In this document: positions 1 to 6,212 of the stretch, piece after piece
Position numbering within the stretch: the first letter of the stretch is position 1
Layout of the letters: every line of letters starts with the position of its first letter
Assembly (NCBI GenBank): GCA_027339965.1
Contig: DAHWNL010000043.1
Coordinates: 1 to 14,614 of the forward strand
Length of the DNA stretch: 14,614 bases
Source of the DNA: Granulicella sp.
GTDB taxonomy: Bacteria; Acidobacteriota; Terriglobia; Terriglobales; Acidobacteriaceae
Direction: 5' to 3'
Notes under the pieces: generated by a model
Database searches by the model: none
What the model was told of the DNA's origin: nothing
Seen by the model: the letters and a program-made list of their open reading frames with translations, nothing else
Position numbers and translations under genes: made by a program

Positions 1-1
1 T

Positions 2-166
2 TCATCGGGATCAGACGGTAATTGGTTCGGGGGTGTTACTGGAGCCGCTTCAATTGCTGCTTCTTTGGGTAAAGCTGCTCCTGTTTATGGTCAAATCCTC
101 TCTGGAATCTCACTTGCGGGTGATGTGTACAGCACTTATAAGGCGGTGGCCGGATGCCAGCCTTAA
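2..166 (+). CDS. 3' end of a gene running in from the left edge; Gly/Ala/Ser-rich hydrophobic C-terminus, probable polymorphic (RHS-like) toxin tip
   Basis: Frame 2 is open from base 2 to TAA at 164-166: SSGSDGNWFGGVTGAASIAASLGKAAPVYGQILSGISLAGDVYSTYKAVAGCQP*. GC is visibly lower (~50%) than the core genes and the stop overlaps the next ATG (154). Not in the ORF track. The toxin call is inferred from context only. Confidence 0.5.
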   Translation, partial: SSGSDGNWFGGVTGAASIAASLGKAAPVYGQILSGISLAGDVYSTYKAVAGCQP

Positions 167-549
167 ACAAGGTAATTACCGCTGAAGACAGGCAAATGCG
201 CCTGCCGTGGTGGGGAGTTCTATGCGTGATTATTGGCGCGCTTCCCGTGTTTTTCTTATTTGATCATTTTGGCAAGTTGGCTATTGCGCGTCCGACGCTC
301 TACTCGGTTGCGATAATTGCAATCACTATCGCAATGCGGTGGAAGCTCAGGGGGCATATGTGGTTCTGGATCACCATGATCTTTTTTGCCGCACTTCATG
401 CCTTGCTGATTCTACTTATTCCATGGACGACCCGGTGGATTCCAGCTCTCGTTGTTATCCCTATCGGTATGGCGGATTCGTACGCAATGCTCTGGGTAGT
501 TTCGGTTGTTGGGCAGTTCAGGGGAGCGTCGAAGGCTGCTGAGAAGTGA
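154..549 (+). CDS. small integral membrane protein (~4 TM helices), candidate immunity protein
   Basis: 131 aa with four hydrophobic stretches (WWGVLCVIIGALPVFFLF, LYSVAIIAITIAM, WFWITMIFFAALHALLILLIPW, WIPALVVIPIG..AMLWVVSVV). Overlaps the upstream stop by 13 nt, shares the low GC, and is followed by a terminator. Confidence 0.7.
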   Translation: MPALNKVITAEDRQMRLPWWGVLCVIIGALPVFFLFDHFGKLAIARPTLYSVAIIAITIAMRWKLRGHMWFWITMIFFAALHALLILLIPWTTRWIPALVVIPIGMADSYAMLWVVSVVGQFRGASKAAEK

Positions 550-575
550 GTCCCCGCGACAGAGCAGTGTGAACC

Positions 576-607
576 GCGAGCCGTCCTTCGGGGCGGCTTG
601 CTTCATC
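576..607 (+). terminator. intrinsic terminator-like hairpin
   Basis: GCGAGCCGTCC-TTCG-GGGCGGCTTGC is an 11-bp stem (2 G-U) with a C(UUCG)G tetraloop, followed by a weak T-rich tail TTCATC, 26 nt after the 549 stop. Confidence 0.65.
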
Positions 608-674
608 TGGCGGCATAGTCAGAGCCAGCGTTCCGGCCATGCTCACGCATGGGCAGTGGGTAGGACACGTCATG

Positions 675-686
675 TATGAAGGCGCA
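675..686. repeat. subterminal inverted repeat, downstream (right) end of the IS
   Basis: TATGAAGGCGCA; the reverse complement of 2035-2046 is TATGAAAGCGCA. Confidence 0.85.
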
Positions 687-689
687 TGT

Positions 690-695
690 TGTCAA
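690..695 (-). promoter_or_regulatory. perfect -35 hexamer TTGACA pointing out of the IS right end (half of a circle-junction promoter)
   Basis: Plus-strand TGTCAA at 690-695 just inside the IR, the usual position in IS110/IS1111 elements. No convincing -10 forms at the predicted junction. Confidence 0.55.
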
Positions 696-837
696 GTGGG
701 ACGTGTTTCTGTCATCTGTTTTATTCTTAGCCGCGTTTTGGCGAGGCCGTGGGTAGCACAGCTGGTTGGGGGATCGAGTTCGGCTCTCCTTTGCTGTGGG
801 TTCTGTTCTTCGTCCTCGGTTGGCTCAACGTATGGTT

Positions 838-962
838 TCGTCATGAATCATGTATTCGCCGTGGTTGCCGGCATGAGCCTGTGCTGATCGGCTTTCGCAT
901 TCACCCCGAGACCTGTGTGCTGGTCAGACGTGTCTCGCGTTTAGCCGAACCTGGACGAACTT
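838..962 (-). ncRNA. candidate bridge RNA / seekRNA of the IS110-family element (ends approximate)
   Basis: Minus-strand transcript reads UCGGC..CGC-GA-[GACACGUC]-U-GACC(8 nt)GGUC-UC-[GGGGUGA]-AU-GCG..GCCGA, then [AGGCUC]-AU-GCCG(7 nt)CGGC-GA-[AUACAUGA]. The bracketed segments match the two target flanks and the two element ends around a GA core. Confidence 0.8.
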
Positions 963-964
963 GA

Positions 965-2009
965 TCAGGCCGTAAGAAAACGCGAGCCCGGAGCCTTATA
1001 GGGTTGCCGTTTGCGCAGCACCCAGAAAGAAGCCTCTGCGAGGTGGCGGGCGACGGCAACGATAGCTCGACCGTGTCCTTTGTTGGGCGCGAGGCGATGA
1101 TAGAGAAGGTGGATATGAGTGCCTCGATATGCTTTGATCCGTATCGCGCAGGTAGCAGCTTCTACAAATCCCCATTTCAGGTACTGGTTGACGTTGCGGC
1201 AGGTGCCTCCATGCCGAATGCGTCCACCGCTGGCGATGATGCGCGGCACAAGCCCCGCGTAACCGGCCAGGTTCTCCGCTCGTGGGAAGCGGTCTATGTC
1301 GCCGATCTCCAGCCAGATGAGCGGCGCGAGGATGTCTCCGATGCCGGGGACAGTCCTTAGCAGGCGCACCTCCGGGGAGGGCTTCAGGGCGACGGCGATG
1401 CGGTCCTCAATCTCTTCGATCTGTGCTTCGAGTTGGTCGAGGGAGGTGAGCTGCACCTGAATCATCGCCGCGGTGTCGCATGGGAGGCGGTCGAGCACGG
1501 TGTCGATGTAGACGCGTTCCTTGACCCCGAAGAGGTCACTGATGCCGGTGGCTTGCAGGCCATAGCGGTCGATGGAGGCATGGATGCGGTGCTTGAGCGA
1601 TGGGCGAAGGTCGCGAAGGGCCATACGTGTGCGCAGCAACTCGCGGCGGGCGCGCAGCTCGCCCGGCGGAATCCAGCTCTCGGGCAACGGCCCGTTGTGC
1701 AGCAGGATAGCGAGCCCCTTGGCGACGAGCGCGTCGGTCTTGTTGGTCTTGCCCATGCGCTTCTTGGCTTCGGTGGGGTTGGCGAGATAGAGGGTGATGG
1801 CCTGCCTTCTCCATCTCATCGACCATCCAGTACCAGTGGCCGGTGGCTTCGAGAGCGATCTCGCTGCCCACTGGCAGCGTGTGAAGGAAATCGATGTACT
1901 CCTGGCGATGATGCTCGACTCTGACGGTGGGCGAGGTCTTGCCCGTGCCTTCAATGGTCACAAAGACCGAGAACTGCTTGTATGCTTCACATCCGATGGT
2001 TGCAGGCAT
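965..2009 (-). pseudogene. IS110-family DEDD recombinase/transposase, frameshifted
   Basis: N-terminus from ORF 1536..2009 (MPATIGCEAYK..IALEATGHWYW..AGHHP) continues in ORF 965..1954 (LANPTEAK..KTDALVA..TVPGIG..EIGDIDRF..LAGYAGLVP..ASGG..LKWGFVEAA..AIVAVARHL). One extra base near 1789-1790. SD AGGAG at 2020-2016. Two expected catalytic Asp positions read E (IGCE) and V (KTDALV). Confidence 0.9.
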
Positions 2010-2034
2010 GGGGCTCTCCTAGTGAGGCGCAGGT

Positions 2035-2046
2035 TGCGCTTTCATA
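2035..2046. repeat. subterminal inverted repeat, upstream (left) end of the IS
   Basis: TGCGCTTTCATA, partner of 675-686. Confidence 0.85.
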
Positions 2047-2281
2047 GGTTCGCCCCCGACGGGTTGCTGCGCGGCAACCTTCGGTTCCCGCGGCGTAAAC
2101 GTGAGCCGCGCCAGTGAGATGCAGCGCGCGAGCTCATAAACACTGGGGTTTTCGTGTTTACGCGGATAAACATGTTGAAGACAAAGCAGCTAAGAGGCAA
2201 ATGGGCGGCTGGCGGTTCCTGCGGGAGTAACCTTGGGTTGCTGTGCGTGAACGAGTTGAAAATGCAAGGCCGGGCATCGGT

Positions 2282-2336
2282 GGTGGAAGTACCGGGGTCC
2301 CCGGCGACAGGTCTTCGTCGCTGGGGTGGAAGTACC
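2282..2336. repeat. REP-like palindrome bounded by a 12-bp direct repeat
   Basis: GGTGGAAGTACC at 2282-2293 and 2325-2336 flanks the hairpin CCCCGGCGAC-AGGTCTTC-GTCGCTGGGG (2299-2326). Confidence 0.75.
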
Positions 2337-2502
2337 CTTCGCTCCATCGCCCGTCAAGCGGCTGCGCTCGCTACGCGACTCCCTGCGGTCGCGCTTGACT
2401 GCCGCCTCCGCTGCGGGTGGGAGCCAGCTATGAGAAGAATGTCTTCTTCTCAGGTTCGAGAACGTGAAGGAGCGAAAGAGCCCGGCCATCCAGCCGGTCC
2501 AC

Positions 2503-2508
2503 TATAAT
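2503..2508 (+). promoter_or_regulatory. -10 element for the histidine kinase gene
   Basis: Perfect TATAAT in GC-rich DNA, 15 nt before ATG 2524 and 36 nt before ATG 2545. Confidence 0.55.
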
Positions 2509-2544
2509 CGGGCAGGGGGGCGGATGCCGGCCCCGCAGCTTGCT

Positions 2545-4353
2545 ATGCAACTCTTCTACAAGCGCTTTGGCGTCATTACCGGCTTCCTTCTGCTGCTTGG
2601 CCTGTTGGTTGTCAACGCGCTCATCACGCAACGCCAGCTCCGCGGCATGATCGAGCATCAGGCGCGGGTGGAGTTCACCCAGCAGGTGCTGCTGGCGGTG
2701 AATCAGACGCAGTCTCTGGTGGAGGATGCGGACACGGGCGAGTTGGGCTATCTCTACACTGCGAATCCGCAGTATTTGCGGCCCTACACCCAGGCCTTTG
2801 AAGAGCTGGGCCCGCAGCTCGACCTGCTCAAGAAGATGACCGCAGGCCATACCCCGGAGGCCGGCGAGGTGGAGCAGCTCCGCGTGCTGGTCGAATCCAA
2901 GCTCGGCAACCTGGCCAGCAACATCCTGCTCTATCAGTCCGGGTACCCCAGGGCAGCCCGGCAGGTCATCCTCTCCGGAAGCGACCATCTGCTGACCCTG
3001 GAGATCAACAACCTGATCGGCGAGATTCTGCTCCAGGAGACCTCGCTGGAGTCTTCGCGGGCGGAGTCCGCCCAGCGCAGCGTTCACCGCGCCTACATCT
3101 CCATCGACCTGGCCACCCTGATCGCCGTCCTGGGCCTGTGTTTTCTGGCCTATTACATCTTTAAAACCATGGCCCTGCGCGACCTCTACGCACACCAGTT
3201 GCAGGAGCGGGAAGAGTGGTTTCGCACCACGCTCACCAGCATGGGCGACGCCGTGATCGCCACGGACAGACGCGGCCACATCACCTTTGTGAACTCCATG
3301 GCCGAAAGGCTGATCGGCATACCCTCGGAGCAGGCTCTGGGCCGGGCGATCGGCGAGGCCTTCCCGCTGTTCCATGAGACCACCGGCAAGCCCATGGACA
3401 ACCCCTTCCGCAGGGTAATGGAGCAGGGCTTCGTGATCAACATGGCCAGTCACGCCATGCTGGCGCACAGCGACGGCAGCCGCATCGCCATTGACCAGAG
3501 CGCGGCGCAGATCCGGGACGCGCAGGGCCGGCTGGTGGGCATGGTGATCGTCTTCCGCGACGCCACCCAGGAGCGCAAATCCCAGGAGTTGCTGCGCAAG
3601 ACGGAGAAGCTGGCCGCGGCCGCCCGCCTAGCCGCCACCGTCTCTCACGAGATCAACAATCCGCTGGAGGCCATCGGCAATCTAATCTACATCGCCAAGA
3701 CCACAGAGAACCTTCCTGAAGCGGCCGTCGCGCATCTTTCCATGGCCGAAGAAGAGTTGATCCGCGTCTCCCACATTACCCGCCAGACCCTGGGCTTCTA
3801 TCGCGAGTCCAAAATGCCGGGCGGGGTCGATCTGCCTACTCTGGTGGAGTCCGTTCTCAGCATCTACTCCAACAAGTTCCGCACCAAGCACATCCACGTG
3901 GAGCGCGAGTTGCATTCATGTCCGCTCATCTACGCTCTTTCCGGCGAGCTGAATCAAGCCATCGCCAACCTGGTCTCCAACGCCGCCGACGCCGTCTCCA
4001 ATGGAGGCTCGATCTGGGTGAAGATCGACTGCCAGAAAAGGGACGAAGAGGAGGTAGTGCGAGTGATCATCCAGGACAACGGACCGGGGATCCCCCCCGA
4101 GCTTCGCGAGCGGATCTTCGAGCCGTTCTTCACTACCAAGAAGGACGTCGGCACGGGCCTTGGACTGTGGGTCACCAAAGAGATCATCGAGCGCCACGGC
4201 GGCAGCGTCGAGGTCCACTGCGGCAGCGCCGAGGCCAACCAGGGAGAAGCGGCCACAACCTTCACCGTCACCCTTCCCGTTCGCCCAGAGGCCGAGAGCT
4301 TGGGCGGCGAGGACCCGGCCCGGAACAGCGCCGAGCAGGCTGTTTCCGACTAA
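2545..4353 (+). CDS. membrane sensor histidine kinase (TM-CHASE3-TM-PAS-HisKA-HATPase)
   Basis: CHASE3-like DADTGELGYLYT..YLRPY between two TM helices; PAS (TLTSMGDAVIATDRRGHITFVN); H-box SHEINNPL; N-box NLVSNAADA; G1 DNGPGI; F IFEPFFTTK; G2 GTGLGL. Start is likely 2545 or 2524, not 2464, because TATAAT lies at 2503. Confidence 0.92.
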   Translation: MQLFYKRFGVITGFLLLLGLLVVNALITQRQLRGMIEHQARVEFTQQVLLAVNQTQSLVEDADTGELGYLYTANPQYLRPYTQAFEELGPQLDLLKKMTAGHTPEAGEVEQLRVLVESKLGNLASNILLYQSGYPRAARQVILSGSDHLLTLEINNLIGEILLQETSLESSRAESAQRSVHRAYISIDLATLIAVLGLCFLAYYIFKTMALRDLYAHQLQEREEWFRTTLTSMGDAVIATDRRGHITFVNSMAERLIGIPSEQALGRAIGEAFPLFHETTGKPMDNPFRRVMEQGFVINMASHAMLAHSDGSRIAIDQSAAQIRDAQGRLVGMVIVFRDATQERKSQELLRKTEKLAAAARLAATVSHEINNPLEAIGNLIYIAKTTENLPEAAVAHLSMAEEELIRVSHITRQTLGFYRESKMPGGVDLPTLVESVLSIYSNKFRTKHIHVERELHSCPLIYALSGELNQAIANLVSNAADAVSNGGSIWVKIDCQKRDEEEVVRVIIQDNGPGIPPELRERIFEPFFTTKKDVGTGLGLWVTKEIIERHGGSVEVHCGSAEANQGEAATTFTVTLPVRPEAESLGGEDPARNSAEQAVSD

Positions 4354-4689
4354 GGCAAACCGCTCTCGGTCCATCTTGATTCCGCCGATCCCGGTCTGGC
4401 AACTCGGCTCCAGAACACCCACAACCCCCGCCACACAAGTTGCAGCCGTATCGCGGCCGGAGAGCAAGGCTCCCTCGAACCGGCAAACTGCGCTTCCAAC
4501 CGCAGGCGGGCCGTGCTCTACGCTGGAAGGCAGCCCCCATGCCCAAACCTCGCGCTGCGGCGCGGCTACCTGATGGCCGCTTCGCTCACTGCCCCGGCGT
4601 CTCGCCGGTCTGGCACTTCTGCTCTGGCTCTCGGCCGCGCTCACCCTGGCCACCATGCGCTGCACAGTTTGGCTCTACACTGGTTATCG

Positions 4690-5625
4690 ATGGATCTCAA
4701 CGCGCTCGCCCAACACTTCAGCATCCCCGGCATTCTTAGCTTCTCCCAAACCGAACATGGCTTGCGGCGAGCCTCCATTAGCAGCCCGGCCTGCAGCGCC
4801 GAGATCTATCTCCAGGGAGCGCACCTCACGCAGTGGCAGCCCAAGGGAGCAAAGCCGGTCTTCTTCCTCTCCGAGCGCTCGCAGTTCGAGAGCGGCAAAG
4901 CCATTCGTGGCGGCGTGCCTATTATCTTTCCGTGGTTCGGCAACCGCACGCCAACGGCTTTGAGCCAGCGCAGTGACGGCCCCTCCCACGGCTTTGCCCG
5001 CACTGAGGAGTGGACCTTGGCGTTTGCCGCTCTGGCCGGAGACGAAGTACATCTGACCCTGACGCTGGATCCCTCGGAGACAAGCCGGTCGCTGGGCTAC
5101 GACCAGTTTCAACTGGTCTATCAACTCTCCCTGGGGGCTGAGCTGCGGCTGCGGCTGACGGTACGCAACCTGAGCTCGGAGCCGCTCTGGTTCGAGGATG
5201 CGCTGCACACCTACTTCGCTGTAGGCGACGCCCGAGAGATTGCGATCCATGGGCTGGCCGGAACCCGCTATCTGGACAAGACCGATCACTTCAAGGTGAA
5301 GGTGCAAGACGAGCCGGTGCTCCGGCTGACCGGCCGGACCGATCGCCCCTATCTGGATACGGTCGCCGCCGTTGACCTGGAAGATCCCCTTTACGCGCGC
5401 CGCATCCACGTGGAGAAATCAGGCTCCCGAACCACGGTGGTCTGGAATCCATGGGCCGCCTCCGCCGCTCAACTCCCGGACCTGACCCCGGAGGGCTGGC
5501 TCCAGATGGCCTGCGTCGAGACGGCGAACGTAGCTGCAGACGCCATCACCCTGGCACCCGGAGAGCAACACACCACCGAGGCGCGCATCCTCGTGCGCTC
5601 AGACGCAATCCGGCAGCCATGTTGA
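4690..5625 (+). CDS. D-hexose-6-phosphate mutarotase / aldose 1-epimerase family (YeaD-like)
   Basis: Motifs QGAHLTQW, AIRGGVPIIFPWFG, HGFAR, ALHTYF, TVVWNPW, CVETAN. Start trimmed from 4513 to ATG 4690. Confidence 0.9.
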   Translation: MDLNALAQHFSIPGILSFSQTEHGLRRASISSPACSAEIYLQGAHLTQWQPKGAKPVFFLSERSQFESGKAIRGGVPIIFPWFGNRTPTALSQRSDGPSHGFARTEEWTLAFAALAGDEVHLTLTLDPSETSRSLGYDQFQLVYQLSLGAELRLRLTVRNLSSEPLWFEDALHTYFAVGDAREIAIHGLAGTRYLDKTDHFKVKVQDEPVLRLTGRTDRPYLDTVAAVDLEDPLYARRIHVEKSGSRTTVVWNPWAASAAQLPDLTPEGWLQMACVETANVAADAITLAPGEQHTTEARILVRSDAIRQPC

Positions 5626-6212
5626 TCCTGGCCTCCGCCTCTCCCCGCCGCCGCAGCCTACTGGCCCAGGCCGGAGTACGCTGCGAGGTGATTCCCGCCG
5701 AGATGGATGAGACGCCACGCGCGGGCGAGACGCCCATCGCCTACGTCGAGCGCCTGGCTTTGGAAAAAGCGCGAGTGATCCACGCGCTGCACCCGGAAGC
5801 GACGGTGCTGGGCGCGGACACCACGGTTGCGATGAGCGCCACGTCGGGCGGCAGCGGAGGAGAACAGACCATCCTGAGCAAGCCCGTGGACCTGGCCGAG
5901 GCGGAGCGTATGCTGCTGGCGCTCTCCAACCGCGTCCATGAGGTACACACCGGAGTTGCCCTGGTCCTGCCCGGTCTGGCCGCCGCGCAGCGCACGCATG
6001 TGGAGACGACCCGGGTCTTCTTCGGCCCTATTCCAGCCGAAGAGCTGGCCTTCTATCTCTCCACCGGCGACTCGCTGGACAAGGCCGGCGCTTACGGCAT
6101 CCAGGGTTATGCCGCGCGCTGGATCACCCGCATCGAGGGCGACTTCTTCAATGTGATGGGACTGCCCGTGGCCGCGACGGTGAGCCTGCTGCGCGAGACC
6201 CGTAATCTCTAA
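5619..6212 (+). CDS. maf: Maf-family nucleoside triphosphate pyrophosphatase (YhdE-type)
   Basis: MLILASASPRRR, DE, LALEKA, GADT, KP, DKAGAYGIQG, NVMGLP. Start overlaps the upstream stop (ATGTTGA). Confidence 0.93.
   Translation: MLILASASPRRRSLLAQAGVRCEVIPAEMDETPRAGETPIAYVERLALEKARVIHALHPEATVLGADTTVAMSATSGGSGGEQTILSKPVDLAEAERMLLALSNRVHEVHTGVALVLPGLAAAQRTHVETTRVFFGPIPAEELAFYLSTGDSLDKAGAYGIQGYAARWITRIEGDFFNVMGLPVAATVSLLRETRNL

Larger units (their letters stand above)
670..2051 (-). mobile_element. IS110-family insertion sequence, IS1111-type architecture
   Basis: DEDD/Tnp20-type recombinase at 2009->965. Subterminal inverted repeats TATGAAGGCGCA (675-686) and TGCGCTTTCATA (2035-2046) match 11/12. 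Long non-coding end lies downstream of the gene. Outward-facing TTGACA at 695-690 (minus). Shared core TC (GA on minus) at 670-671 and 2050-2051, with no longer target duplication. Confidence 0.9.

Noticed and set aside
947..952. AGGTTC (minus) as a perfect 6/6 right-donor guide
   Set aside because: It overlaps the closing stem of the target loop and is far from the left-donor guide. 880-872 fits the loop geometry better, and a 6-mer match can arise by chance.
639..964. Hydrophobic ORFs 639..887 and 749..964, and a possible frameshifted orphan immunity gene from ATG 676
   Set aside because: They lie antisense to the IS non-coding end. ATG 676 is part of the inverted repeat, and the 3' part is the reverse complement of the candidate bridge RNA.
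2052..2180. Structured region upstream of the recombinase as an IS621-style upstream bridge RNA
   Set aside because: It lies outside the inverted repeat and core that bound the element, and the guide matches are all in the downstream end.
2282..2336. Direct repeats as a mini CRISPR array
   Set aside because: Only two 12-bp copies, the intervening sequence is itself a palindrome, and there are no cas genes.
2042..2507. ORFs 2042..2347, 2154..2507 and 2190..2489
   Set aside because: They run through palindromic repeats and have no recognisable domains.
4354..4689. 336-bp spacer as a riboswitch, or N-terminal extension of the mutarotase from 4513
   Set aside because: No recognisable aptamer or terminator. 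The extension is low-complexity and a -10 sits directly before ATG 4690.
5451..5618. N-terminal extension of Maf
   Set aside because: It overlaps the mutarotase in another frame; the Maf motif begins at ATG 5619.
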